In this document: positions 40,066-53,769 of the stretch, in pieces
Numbering within the stretch: the first letter of the stretch is position 1
How the letters are laid out: each line of letters starts with the position of its first letter
Assembly (NCBI RefSeq): GCF_001194135.2
Contig: NC_068982.1
Coordinates: forward strand, 153,208,229 to 153,272,228
DNA from: Octopus bimaculoides
Lineage: Eukaryota
Length of the DNA stretch: 64,000 nt
Direction of reading: 5' to 3'
Made by a program: the position numbers and the translations under genes
Notes under the pieces: generated by a model
Told to the model about the DNA's origin: nothing
What the model saw: only the letters and a program-made list of their open reading frames with translations
Database searches by the model: none

Positions 40066-41149
40066 TCTATATAAATATATCTATGCACATTTGATTACTT
40101 GTTTATGTCGAAATTTGGTCCCGACCAAGTGTAAGTTTATGACGAATTTATCTGTTTGTATTCATGGTTTCGTAAATCTCTTTTGATATTCAAAACCTAA
40201 AACGCAGAATTTGTATCTTAACCCCTACCCCCAGTCTCACACTTATTATTCCCAACACGCCTCTGTATTATCTCTATTCTCCCTCCGCTTCCTTATTTCT
40301 TCTCGGACCTTCATTATTTCCTCCTTTTTCTTATCTGTCCCTCTTTCTCTTTCTTTCTTTTTTTCTCTTTTTGTCTCTCTCATTCTATATTTTTCTTTCA
40401 CCTCAACGTACTTATACAAAACTTTACCCTCTGCCCATCTACGAGCATATCTTCTATGTTTACATAATGTAATAAAGTGTTCATCATAAGAGCCGTTGTA
40501 GATCTGCATCCAAATACGCTATATAAAACGCTGCAGAGGGTAAAAATAGCCATATTGGTGAAACATGTGTAAAGAACAAAGTGAGAAACTTCATTTTGTG
40601 CTTATCATATTTGTCTAATATTTGTTCTGTATATCTTAACTTTAGTTGAAATAGGCTGGATGATGATACTGCACATAGATCTGTAAATTCTCCGTTAATA
40701 GTCCTGCATATAATTGTAAACTCAACAACAAATATACATGTGTGTGTATATATATATGTGAGCAAGTGTGTATCTGTAAATGCACACACACTCTCTTTCC
40801 CTTTCTTTCTCTCTCTCTCTCACATACACCCCCCCCACACACACACACACATTCACACACAGTTAACGACAATATGATGTAATGTATCAGTATTATATCA
40901 CTTGGTGTTATTTCATGGATTTAAAATTGTATCGTGGATTCTGAAAACCTCTCCGCAACAGTAGTAGAGCGATGGAGCTAACAAAATCCCTTGCAGATTA
41001 TATTTCACTTCCCTTTCGTTTCACAAATAATGAAGTTCGGTCATGTAATGGACAACTATTTTGCCTTCCCTCTTAAGAAAGTCCCAAGTAAGTTGAGAAC
41101 CCATTGAATGAAAGGGACTATGAAAAAGGAGAAATTAAGACGAAAGAAA

Positions 41150-41275
41150 AGAATTTAATTGAGACTTCAGGGAGTTCAGGCCATAAAGTGGAAAATAATG
41201 AAATGGAAGAGAGTTCCAGAATCTGGCAGTGCGAGGTAAAAAGCTACGAATGTAGGATTCCTTATTCGGGAAAAC
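41150..41275 (-). mobile_element. CR1/Jockey-type LINE 3' ORF fragment
   Basis: Minus frame RSFLPRTARFWNSLPFHYFPLYGLNSLKSQLN matches the FF.RT.R.WNSLP C-terminal motif. Confidence 0.6.
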
Positions 41276-42552
41276 AGGATAAATTTATTCTCACAATTTT
41301 TCCTAGAGGAGAATATTATGTAGGATACTAAACCCCAAATATTCAAAAGCCAAAAATGTTCAGTGAGGCCATTTACTGAATATGTTCACATTAAAAATAA
41401 ACTAAATTGATATCGTATAAATTTAAACAATGCTCAAATTAAAAACCACTTTGATTTTTGTTACTGTGTCTGTTATTGCATTCATATTGAACTAATTTAT
41501 TGAGACCAGTTAGAATATTTTTCAAAGTTAAGTATCACACTCGGAAGAACATTTACAATTCAAAGAGAATTTTACCCTTTTTCTGATCATTCGAGTCAGT
41601 GAACTGGAAGAGACATAGTGTTTGTATGGAAACCCGATTGTAATCAACGGGTTAAAGGAGAAACAAGCATACACGAACTGTATTAGAATTGCAAAATCAT
41701 ATAAGTGTTGCTTAGTTAGACGGCCATAAGTTTGGTATGATTATAAAGTAATCTAGACGTTTAATTGTTTCCGTCTGAAGTTGTAGTCGTTAAAATCGAA
41801 CTAGTATACTAAGTTCAAGTTGTTGAGAGGATGTACTCGTTCTGCATTTTAATATTTTTCATATAATGAAATTGAAAATACTGATGTGGTAAGTGTGCGT
41901 TATAATTACAAAATAACTATAAAGTGTTTTATGACTTTAAATGCTACCATGTAAGATGATGTTTATTAACACATATGTAAATTATCATTTGATACATAAA
42001 TAAAGTGGGGTATTAAATAGTTGAGTATTCTAAAGCAGCTAATTTTAGAAATTACATTTTTTGCTATGTCTCAGTGGTAGAATTAGCATAGGAAAACAAA
42101 ATCATACACTATGAAACTTTTGATAAATTTACACCTTGTTAGTCAACACTTTGGTTTCAGAAGAACATAGAAAACATTCTTAATTACGAAATACATGCAA
42201 AAATGGTAATAGTCTTATTATGTCATCCTTGTTGTTCCATCTGAAAACAGGCTATCTTTTTAATTGTGCATTTAAACAAAATTTTAATAATTAAGATATA
42301 TACCAGTTTTCTCTCTATAGTGCGAGTTCACTCATGCGTTCTCTTGAGAATATAAAAGTCTATAAAATAACATTTCATGTAGAATTTATCCCAGATGAGA
42401 ATCATTTATGAATTCAAATCTTTCCGGGGTGCTATAAAATCATAATTCTAAATCATGTAACAATGTTTATACATGGAAAAATATTATTCTTGCAGAATTG
42501 ATGATTTTTTAGGTTATTCGTCTAAAATATTTCGCTTCTTTGATATTGTTAG

Positions 42553-42780
42553 TGGAGGCGCGTGGCTTAATGGTTAGTGTGTTGTCTCATGATCATAAGA
42601 TTGTTGTTTCGATTCCTGTTGTGTTCATGAGCAAAACACATCATTTGACGTTGTTACAGTCCACTCAGTAGGAAAAATTTAGTAATACTCCTGCAACGGA
42701 CCTGCGTTGTGTCAAGGTGGGGCATATATACGCCATGAGAACCGGGAAACCAGTCACATGAGTCTATATGACATGGGAAG
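42553..42780 (+). mobile_element. tRNA-derived SINE with V-domain-like central region
   Basis: Head ggaggcgcgtggcttaatggttag..tttcgattcctg, ccactcag core, and gcaacggacctgcgttgtgtcaagg, resembling the V-domain gcgatggactggcgtcccgtccagg. Confidence 0.6.
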
Positions 42781-43373
42781 GATTTTCATCCTACATTTTT
42801 AATATCGTTGTCGGAAATATGTTTAAGCTTAACACGTGGATGTTACACCCTGCACGAATCTTAGAATTATCGGAAAATGAAAGAAAATATATATTTAATA
42901 TATATTAGAATAGACCCAATACGCCATCATCTGAGTAAATGTTTGTGGAGACTGAATCATTTCCTCGAACAAGCTCAATAAAATGGTTTTGAAATGTAGC
43001 AGAAAGTAAATTCACAGGGAATGAAATGTAGTACAACTAGAATATACCAAAAATATCCTAAGAGTTGGACCAGTTATATATTTGCCGTTATAGCAAGCAT
43101 AAATAAAAGACACTATTTATATCCTGCTTTAAAAGTACCAATTTTAAGGAACATCTCCTACCAAACACCGTGTCCTCAACAGGAAAGTAAACACTGGTCA
43201 ATACCACATCTTGTTGAGAATTTTCTGACACTGTGTCCATTCTCTAACATGAACATGAATAAAAGAAAATATTTTCAGTCTCTTAAGCGTAACAATATTT
43301 AATATCTCTCATGGTTTCCCGCTGACTCTTTGAAGTAGGCAACGTAACATTTGCGGGTAGGAGAATTGAAAAA

Positions 43374-43438
<65 letters not shown>

Positions 43439-44399
43439 TATGTATGTGTAATTATGTACAATAATATATTGATATTGAACAGCTGTCCAGTGGGAAAATG
43501 ACACAATTGTGATAATTATATTATGAAAAGAACGGTACTCGATGAAACAATAAATGTCTAATAGCTAACGTGTCTACAGCATATTTGTTGACTATTTTCT
43601 GGGTGAATTAATTTAGGAGCTTATACTAAGAAAACACCTACTATTGATAAATAATTAAGATACTTATGCTTTGTTATTGAAGATGATAATAAATATTTAT
43701 GACTTATACATTTATTGCCTGAGTGATTGAATTTGGGGTTGCTGATGGATTGCATGGTTGAACGTGTTATTATGTTTATAATTGTGTAATTTAAGAAACA
43801 GACACATACAAATGATCATACTTAGAATCTACGAACGGAACGTATCCGAATGACACGTAATTATAGCAAGTACTCTAGCTTTATCAATCACTAACTTGTA
43901 CCACACACTATAAAATATAGGTTGAAAAGTTTCTCCAAATGAATAATCGAACCACTGTATATTTTGAAAAGCAATATCAAGACTGTATTGAAAATAATCT
44001 TCGGATTTAGATTCTCTGTATCTTCTACCATTCAGTATTTGTTTCAGTGAGCATTATGAACTCCGATAATAAACTCTGTTATATTCAACATTGCTTACGT
44101 TCGGTCGGGAATAATAAAGTACCAGCCGAATAGTTTTGCCGTTTAAACTTTTCTGTCATCCTTTAGGAGTCGCCCACGATGAGGAGAGCAATGAAGTATG
44201 TTTCAAATGGCGGCTCTACAAATTTTTCCACGTCATGCTGTGAAGTCTCTCATAACAATCGATAACAAGAAACAGATAAATGTTGATGTGCATTAGAACA
44301 AAAGTACAAACGTTTACAAAATCGTTTCAAACAGGACAACAGTGCAGGTTACAATCTACCTTCAAATTCCATAATAAGCACCTACAAATACACTCTTAA

Positions 44400-45240
44400 A
44401 CATCATACTGAGAACAAAACACGAACCCTAAAACTCTCATATTCTTCTGCAATCGCCACAAACATAGCATCTGTAGCCACTAGGCCACTACACTAATCAG
44501 CTCTATTAAATTCACTTCTAAAGAGAGTGAGTAAATAAAATCCGAAACAAACTTGTCACCATGACTAATAACAATTCTTATGTTGTGGCTTAATATTGAC
44601 TCAGTCATCAAATACCCAAAGCCCATCCAACAATAGGAAAAATACCCTCTTACGTAGTTCGATATCAGCAATATTATTTCTAAATTACCAAGAAGCCAGC
44701 TACATGCAAGTTCTTTCGTCAATCACACACAAATCTTCCTCCGAGTTTTAATTTTCCTCTTAACAAGAAACTTTATATTATATTTTCTTCTCATTGATAT
44801 ATAAAAAAGCATCAAAACCTACTCCAAAATATTTCAATTTCGCTTATGTTCTCGCTCAACAAATCTAGCTTTATCAAAAGCAGACACATATATAATACAT
44901 AAAACATGAGTCTTTTAAAGACAAGTTACACGACATAGGCTTACAGTTTGATACTTTTAGAGCAAGCCAGGTAATTGCGTGATTTGAAAATTGTATAGAT
45001 ACCATCTTTAGTTTGGAAATATATATAAATCACTTATAATTGCCGTACTACAACTGCCACAGAATTAATATTTTCCAAAACAAAACAGCATTCTAAAATA
45101 TCTCTTATCAAACCCCAAAACATACTTAATCAAATTTGAACTACAGCCCAGATAGAGCAGAAGAAACTCGAATTCTTCCGTTCCTATCCCCTCATGAGGC
45201 CACACTTCAACATAGTGGCCGCCATTCTGGGAATCGATTG
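44400..45240 (+). mobile_element. Very old CR1-like LINE relic
   Basis: Scattered motif remnants (KLHDIG; RPHF..ILG, resembling RPHLEY) and A/C-rich LINE-like composition. Confidence 0.35.
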
Positions 45241-45639
45241 CAGGAAGGATGATAAAGGTGGAGATAATGAATCATAAAATAGAAGTAACCCTGGCTAGCA
45301 AACTCTCAAAAGAACAAAGCCGAAGCCACGCCTGCTAAAGTAGGGAACCCGATGATACTAGCCCTGCCCTCACCACTCTAGACAGCCAGAGAGATGAGAG
45401 GGTTGGAAAAGAAAAAACCTCAAAGCAAAAACAAATCAAAGAAACAACAAATCCTACTACAAACAACCAAGAGCAAAAAGAAAGAGGAAAATTAAAGGGA
45501 GAAAATCAAAAACTAAAAATAGAGCTTCGGAGATAAACAATGACGAAAAACAACATTAGCTGCACAAATGTGAAGCTACCAGTGGAATCACCAAAATAAA
45601 AGAAACATATAACTTTGGGGCAAAAATAAACCTCAGACA

Positions 45640-46570
45640 ATGTGGACAAAAGAAGTAGGAGATACGGGGCAAATGATATACTAGATCTCTGTTTTACAGT
45701 CAATATGGATAGCAAACATAATTTAAAAGTGACACCGACACGAGTCTTGGATCCTAAAAGTAGTGAAAAATTCCACCTTTAAACAACACCGATTGAGGTT
45801 GAGAAAAGAGAGAGAAGAGGAAGAAGACCAGGTTACATAAAATATTAAGTCAAATCATCAAGCTTTCTTTAATTTTGCCAAAGAAACGGACTCAGTACAC
45901 TACGAGATAGAGCCCCTCTTCCAAAAAGATGGTGCTCTCATAGGAATCCCAAGAAAAATAAGAAAAATTCTAAACAACCAGTTCAAATGCGTTTTCACTA
46001 CCCGTTAGAATTCATGCAAGCGGAAAAACCAGTGCAGGTCTGTGCACCTATCCCTGAAACCACTGTGACCAGAGAGGTAATATTTTATTACATCGGCATC
46101 AAAGAAAAAATGTAATACTGGTTGTAGATGAGGCAGGTGCAAACTCAGTTGCTGGCCCTTATGCATTCTCAGATCAAACAAGCGAAACCACTGAAATCAA
46201 ACGAGCGAAACTGCTGCAGCTTCTATTTTAGACCTTCCTTGCAACTTCAAGTTGAAGGAGGGAATATGCCTTATCCATAAAGGAGGAAGCAGAGCAAATG
46301 CTAAAATCTCTAGGGCTAGCTCTCTGACCTCACACAGCATCGAGGTCATGGAACAAATTGTGAGACCGAACTTAGTTGCGCTCCCTGATGAAAATGACCT
46401 GCTGGCTGACATCTAGCCTCAAAGACCTACGTGGGGTGGATATAGGTACTTCAAAACGAAACTGAATATCCTCCTGTAAAGAGTTCTGGATGAATCTATC
46501 TGGCAGTAGCAAATGCAGATAAGGGCAACAACATTAAATTCCTCCAGTCACCAAATGCCACATAACAGAC
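45640..46570 (+). mobile_element. CR1-type LINE relic with large internal deletion
   Basis: APE end RGANDILDLCFT; LNNQFKCVFT; IHKGGSRA..SLTSHSIEVMEQIVR..ENDLLAD; then a direct jump to the C-terminal KDLRGVDIG..ETEY region. Confidence 0.75.
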
Positions 46571-46702
46571 GAGATTTCAGGTGAGAAAGAAAAGTGTAGC
46601 AAAGCTAAGGGCAGTGCCCCCGAGTAGCGAATGTGATGACAGTGCTCCCTCGCTGATACTAGTAGAGGAATAAACTATAAACAAAATATGTATATATGTG
46701 TA

Positions 46703-46708
<6 letters not shown>

Positions 46709-46785
<77 letters not shown>
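46709..46785. repeat. (AG)n microsatellite
   Basis: Direct reading. Confidence 0.95.
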
Positions 46786-46789
<4 letters not shown>

Positions 46790-47169
46790 AGGAGATAGAC
46801 AACGGGTTTTTCTTGTTCGGTTCCTGTAACATATCAGATTTGCTGCAAAAATTATTAGCACTTCACGATTCATTTATATCCTTAAAATGGATGGCTGCGG
46901 GTAGTTTACCTCGATACTTCTGATGCCACAAAGTAGCCAAATCCAGGTGAGACATTATAAAAATGTTACGCAGAGAAGAGAGACGAACCTATTAAAGTAT
47001 TTGACTGACACTATATTCATCAATATCGGAAGGATGAATGATATTTACCTCAACAGAAAACTCACAGAGCAGGAACAAATAGTGGTTATTAGGGATGTTT
47101 GAGCTGTTTATTCGGTATTGATCCAGGTACAATCAATATTAATACCTGAGATTGTAAATGTGTGTGTAT

Positions 47170-47770
47170 GTGAACATATTTGGTTTGTATCTTATTCCTT
47201 GGTCACGACTACTTGTTCCTAAATATGCTCGTGGTATATAGTAGTATTTGAGTATACAGTGTACCTAGGTTGGTAAGTGTAATGTATATTTGCATCTATT
47301 TTTACTTAGTTTATTATTCGGAGATGTTATTTATGTTTGATTGAATTTGTTGATTGACTTGTGTAATTATTGATGTTGTAATATGTTTAATTGAGTGTTG
47401 TGTAAGTAAGCAGTCGGGTTATAGATAGATAAGTTTGTAAATATATGGGTGCAAAATATTAGGTTTATATATTCTCAGATAGCGTTAGATTATACGTCTC
47501 TAGGGCTGGTTGACATCGACTGATGTACCTATCCTGCCTAGAAGTGTAGAAATTAATGTGATATCCTTTGGGAGCTGAGGAAGGAATGACTGGTTTTATT
47601 AAAGTGATTCATGAATTTGCTATGTCTCTGAGTTTATCTGATTGATTGCATACTATATATTAGTAGGCATGATTGTTTATATGTATAGAAGTTATAATTT
47701 GGGATTCTCATATATTTGTGGTGATTATTTGTAGCGTTATTTTAGAATTATTAAGTAAGGCATTTGATTA
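47170..47770 (-). mobile_element. Possible Penelope-like N-terminal relic
   Basis: Minus remnants ETYNLTLSENI and SSRDQGIR resemble the Y.KLL.ENI and KSDQGRI motifs; the latter is also seen at ~37820. Confidence 0.35.
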
Positions 47771-49168
47771 CAGAATTGTTTGGTGTTCTGGCTTAGTTTA
47801 TTGCTTATCTCTTTATACTCTGTTTAGTTGTTGAGAATTGCGATGTTTTCAGAGTGGCCAATAATTTCGGAAAATACTCGGATATGTTGCGTTTTGGGCA
47901 ATGATTTCTCAAAGACGGTTGATTTTGTGTGCATATAGTCGGCGTTTCAATTGTGGGTCGGGTTAAAAATATAAAGCAAATCCATAAAATCTCCATCAAA
48001 TCTCATAAACCAAATTCGTTTAGAAAAATGAAAACAAATGAACGAAGAACAAAGTTGACGCCGGTGGAGTCGGAAATTTGAAATCAAGGTGTAGAGATCC
48101 GCAGAGAATACCACACAGCATTCAATATGATTCTCTAACAACTCCAATAATACACACACACGCACGCACGCACGCACACACACATACACACGTACACAGA
48201 TATATATACCTGTGTGCGCATGTATATGTGTTTGTAAACAATAAATTTACAAAGAATCCTGAAATACTAGTTCAGTCTAGACCTCTCTTTCGTAGCTTGA
48301 AAGGCTGCATACTCTAACTGTATGCTTCAATACAGAATACTCTTAAAATATAACAGGGGAAAAGTTTGTACCGTCGTTCCAATAGAATTTTAATCTAGCA
48401 TTAAAGGCTGATTATACTATATGACTTTAAAAGTAGAGAGCAATCTTGTCGATGATTTCAAAGATAACTATATTTGTTTCACATTTATTCTGCTACATTT
48501 TCTTCTAATTTTGTAATTTTCATTCTGTAATATTGTATTGTTTTGTTGTATTTATGCGCGAAGGATTTGTTATGAATGACCTAAAATACAAGCGACTAAT
48601 ATAATTGAATTATGCTGATATTTATTTACATATTCGACTCTTGTTATTCAGTTAGTTGATTTTACTTTTGCATGAGTATCCAAAGAAATATTATCTATTC
48701 GAGTTTATTTTTACACATGCACCCAAAAAAACTTTCTTCTGTCGCTATCCGAAAGTAATGCTTAATAATTTCCTGCTTTTTGGTTTACTTAAATACCGTC
48801 CCAAGATCGGAAATACGAAGCAGTTTCGAATCCTTAATTTTCATTCACAATATATATAGTTTCGTATTCTAATTTCAGTATACACTAGTCGATTTTTCAC
48901 CGCCTTGTTTACATTGAAAACTTTTTATGCACACATGGATATGCTTAGAGGACTCTCACACACACACCTACACATACACACATACACACTCGTGTGTGTG
49001 TATATATACCTCTATTAAAAATGCATTTTTGCCTTCCAATGATTGGGTCTCAATACATCATTAGAATCGCGTTAAGATATGCGATGTTTTTTTTTTAATC
49101 TTTAGTCATAACATCTGAAATCGTTCATCATATACTTATCCTCATAAGAATAACAGTTTAACATCATA

Positions 49169-49291
49169 CGAGGTGTTTATGAAAAGTTTTGAGCCTTCAA
49201 GGCCTTTGGGCCTTGTTGTCTTATACCTTCATCAGAAGTCTTGTACCATGTTTTGTGTTTTTGAGGCTCAAGACCTTTCATACACCCCTCG
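49169..49291. mobile_element. Mariner-derived MITE (123 bp) with ~28-bp TIRs and TA target duplications
   Basis: TA|cgaggtgtttatgaaaagttttgagcct ... aggctcaagacctttcatacacccctcg|TA. Confidence 0.85.
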
Positions 49292-50689
49292 TAACTTATG
49301 TATGGCAACTCATTATAATATCATACAACCTATAGCGTTATGAAGTTATAACTGTGATGTCAAATAACAAGCACTACAGATTTCAATCATAATATTTGGA
49401 TAGCGCCATACTGACGGTATAAATTTCGTGCGTGTAGCTTGGCAAATATCTGGTTTCAGCAATACAGATATCAACTTCACGTTGTTGAAATCTCGAACAA
49501 GAGGGATTAGAATTGCAGTGGGAAATGTCATCTTTGGAATGGTAAATATTATAAGATATGAAATTGATAATCAACTCCAGTGCACATTGTTGAAAACTGT
49601 CTCAACTACAAAAGTGCAATAATCGCATGGTAGTGACGTATATTTCCAGTAACTACTTACCATGGTTTGTTTTCTACTAAAATTCAAGTACCTTTTGTCA
49701 ATTTTACTATTGGAATTTGCGTTTAGTAACAGAACACAGAAAATCCAATGATACAGTCGAATATATTACTGCCTGTCGACGGCTAATTTCGCTGAAGTTT
49801 GCCTGGCTGAATAGTTTATCACAACTGCAGTGTCCGTATCTATTATTCTGAATAGGTTTAGGATATCGTATATTCTTATTTTGATTGCCTTTATTTCCGA
49901 CAAGAGGTTTCAATTGATATAATCACAGACAGGTGAAGTGAGTCATCTATAGATAAAGAAGTCTCTGCAGCGATTTGATTGCTTTCAGTCGAAGAAATCT
50001 TTATTTCTTTGTTCGACATATCTCGTCAAAACGAACTCATTTTTAACGTCATTAGCTGTGATTCATAAATAGAAAGCAACTGTTCTTCGGAGATTTAATA
50101 CATTGAAATGCATGATACAAATGTGACGTATGTTGCAGTAAAAAGAAATAATCAATAACCTATGTGCGTTGTATTCAAGGGATCAAGGTTCTAAGGATTG
50201 AATTACCGACTAGGTAGGATTTTTTCTAAAATATGGCAGTAATCGTGTTAAAACAACAGGCTAGATGTGCATATATAATAAGAATAATAACATGATTATG
50301 TGGGCACAACATGTTATATTGTAAAATATAAGCAGCTGAAACATTTTTGATAAATATTTTTCTGAAGCCCTGTTTAAACAAATACACGTGACGGTAGTGA
50401 GCACTTTTATAGATATTGTAAATTTGGTTTTACTGAGAACTAGGTTATCACTGATAGAGTGGAATTATCATGAAACGTATTCCAGCTGTGTCTATTGCAT
50501 CTTTTATTCAGATTTCCATATACAATATACTTCCCGATTTTCTTTTGGTTCTTTTTCAGAGCGCAATATATTATTTAATGAATATTGAAGTAAATATCTA
50601 ATGAAAATCTACTAACGTAATTATGGCGAGTAAAGGTGGTATTTGTGTGTTATGATAGATAGCAGTAGTTTTTTGACCATAGTTCAATC

Positions 50690-51110
50690 CTGACCTGACA
50701 GATCTAAAAATATCGCGTACCAGAGAGGTAAAGACACTGGATTTGAAGTGTATTCTTGCCCGCTTAAACAGATTACTCGTATGTAGATGACATCTATTGG
50801 AGTTGCAAAACCATCTGAAAGCATGCTGCAAACTATATGGAGAAGATTGTCAGTGCTTCGAGATCACCTTGCTTAACTCCATGCTCAACTGGAAATGGTT
50901 CCGACAGACTTCCATCAAAGTTCTCGGCCTTCATATCCTTAAGGATGGCCTTGGTGATATTTACAAATTTTTCAGCACCAGCCACAATACATTCCTATTA
51001 GCGAAGTTAAAAGCTCTCCTAAGATCCATTACTGCAATGGTAGAAGCTCAAGTGTTATGCGTTGCATTTTTCTTGTAGCTGCTGGATAATGAAGATCTTA
51101 CCAAGTGTGC
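50690..51110 (-). mobile_element. RTE (BovB-like) LINE RT relic
   Basis: Minus motifs KIFIIQQLQEKC, KFVNI, and GSLSEPFPVEHGVKQGDLEALTIFSI. Confidence 0.75.
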
Positions 51111-51295
51111 ATCGAGAAGAGAGGAAGTACCGAAAAGTTAACTACTGTGGACATGTCTTGCTCAAATTTCGACAGGTGCAGGTGTAACTGTGATTAAAAA
51201 GTTCACTTTGCAACCACATTGTTTTCAGTTCAGTGCCACTGCACGGCGTTTGGGCCAACCAATGCCTTCTGAATGTAATGAAAGACAAAGAAGCC

Positions 51296-51342
<47 letters not shown>

Positions 51343-51637
51343 AGAGAGGGAGAGACAACGAGAGAGATAGAGAGAGAGGGGTAGAAAAGGAGATGGAGTG
51401 AAAGGAGAAGAGTGAGTGAGAGAATTAGAGAGAGAGAGAGAGAGATTTCTAAGCGTGTATTATGATCTACTTGTGAGGAAAACTCTCACATATTCGAAAG
51501 ATAACGTTAAGATGAGGATACAACAAAATCCTAAGGGTTTTGAAAACCACTGATGCTGTAAAAAGCAAGCTGTTGGTAACATGCGTGATTATATCAAGCG
51601 GGCTCCACAATATATTGTGTGTATAAATAATGTCTAT

Positions 51638-51642
51638 GTATG

Positions 51643-51674
<32 letters not shown>

Positions 51675-51684
51675 TGTATGTATG

Positions 51685-51742
<58 letters not shown>
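51638..51742. repeat. Compound (TATG)n-(TATC)n microsatellite
   Basis: Direct reading. Confidence 0.95.
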
Positions 51743-51835
51743 CCTAACTGTCTGTCTATCTAACTACATGCATGTACAGACATATGTACGCACACATATT
51801 CCTATACACGTTTATATATATATATATATATAAAA

Positions 51836-53045
51836 CTTAGATGAGCTTCGATCAAAGATTGGTCCAGGCCATGTCTAACTTAATAGCACCACCTGATAGG
51901 ATTATTTTAATCCTTTTTAAGCCACGTTTTGTGGTAGTATGGTCCATTGAAGTAGTGAGTTTTTGTTGAGTGAGTTGTGTCCAGGTATGTGTGGCTTATC
52001 TGGTATTCCTTGAAGAAATTTGTCCGGACTCCGTTTAAAGGTGGTGGGATCCTTTTCCTCTTTGATCAGTTTTGGGACAATGCTAAACAGGACAGAGCCT
52101 GTCGAGAAAAATAAATTGTGTTGCAGTGTACCTATATGTTGTGATCCTGAATTGGGTAGGGGACGTAAGGCCCGTGGTCCCAGCCTTGGATGAACCTTGA
52201 AGCTAATGTTCAGGTCTTTTGGGCAATGCTGGCAATATATTCTCCTCATCGTGCAAATGATGTACCGCTCGCGGCGGCGCTGGAGGGGGTAGAGTTTCAA
52301 GGCTTTAAGGCGGTTCCAGTAATCGAGATCAGTCATGCCCTTAATTCGTTTAGTGAGTGCCCTCTGGGGTGATTCAATTTTCGAGATGTTTTGTTTTGTA
52401 TGGGGAGACCACAGGGGGCAGCAGTATTCGAGGTGTGACCGTACAAAGGAGGAGAAAAGTGGAATGATGATATCTTGTTCTCTGGACCGGAAATTTCTTA
52501 AGATCCAGGAGCCCTTCCTACGAGTTATATCGACCTTATTGTTGATGTGGGCACTCCAGCTGAGATTGTTATCAACAATTACTCCTAGATCTCTGATATT
52601 ATTAGATGCTGTGAGCGGTTCCCCTGAAGGAAGACAGTATAACTGTTTTAGTATAGTCTTTCTTCGGAAATGCATCAGATCAAATGCTCCCTCGTTTAGT
52701 TGAGTTTTGCTTTTGTCTGCCCATTGATTCACCGCATATAGATCAGATTGTACTTGAGTTCGGTCTTCTTCTTCATTGGAGTGATTTACGACGCTGAAAA
52801 GGTTGTTTATGCAGATTATAAAGAGGAGGGGGCCCGGGACAGTTCCCTGAGGGACACCACTGGTGACTTTTGCTGGGCTTAAGTGGACTCCATTAATCAC
52901 AACAAGTTGTGTTCTATTGGCCAAGAAATACTCAATCCAGTGTAGACGTTTTCCACAGATTCCAACATTTGCCAATTTTGAGAAGATATTATGGTCAGCC
53001 CCGTGGAATGCTTTACTGAAGTCAAGATATATGACATCAGCGATC
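51836..53045 (-). mobile_element. CR1-type LINE 3' half (RT C-terminal ORF plus 3' UTR)
   Basis: DVIYLDFSKAF, SGVPQGTVPGPLLF, RDLGVIVDNNLSWS, VRSHLEYCCPLWSP, LQRRRER; ORF 51917-52975 is open. Confidence 0.92.
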
Positions 53046-53479
53046 TAACTTGTATGTATATATATATATGTATATATATATATACATACATATATATATA
53101 TATATGTANNNNNNNNNNNNNNNNNNNNNNNNNNNNNNNNNNNNNNNNNNNNNNNNNNNNNNNNNNNNNNNNNNNNNNNNNNNNNNNNNNNNNNNNNNNN
53201 NNNNNNNNNNNNNNNNNNNNNNNNNNNNNNNNNNNNNNNNNNNNNNNNNNNNNNNNNNNNNNNNNNNNNNNNNNNNNNNNNNNNNNNNNNNNNNNNNNNN
53301 NNNNNNNNNNNNNNNNNNNNNNNNNNNNNNNNNNNNNNNNNNNNNNNNNNNNNNNNNTATATATATACACATATATATATATGTACACTGGGTGGGAAAG
53401 CATAACTTGGAATATTGTGGAAACCCTATTTTTCATATATTCCTAAGCGTAAATACTAAAATATTATTTTCTTTTTCAG

Positions 53480-53690
53480 GGTGGAGGTATATAAAGTTAA
53501 TGTAAGCAGAAGCTCCAGTCATACGATCTAGCATGTCCACTTAAGAAGCCAAGAGACAACGCATTGCAGATGGTTCTCCTGCTCATACGACAAAGAAAGT
53601 GCAGAAATTTTGCGAAGACAACTTCACCGATTTTTGGCCTGCTAATTTCTAGCTTTCTTCCAGCCCAGACTTGAGTTACATTGAGTAACG
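53480..53690 (+). mobile_element. Tc1/mariner (maT-like) transposase fragment
   Basis: LQMVLL/DGSPAHTTKKVQKFCEDNFTDFWPANF*LSSSPDLS matches QDGAPAH...WPSSSPDLNP. Confidence 0.65.
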
Positions 53691-53769
53691 AGGTAAGTGC
53701 CCCGTTGCTCAATGTCAACAAAATAGATTATTTCCCCTTGGCTCTCGATCACCGGTGATCCTGTTATCT

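Noticed and set aside
40484-40706. Open minus frame with a plausible acceptor
   Set aside because: No good donor in a compatible phase, and the frame ends in a stop.
204-43243. Several exons of 82-83 nt suggesting an internal repeat
   Set aside because: They share no sequence similarity and have different phases; treated as coincidence.
15971-44195. Scattered plus-strand mini-exon candidates (about 15971, 26279, 44167)
   Set aside because: Each is under 55 nt, they do not form a convincing chain, and such hits are expected by chance.
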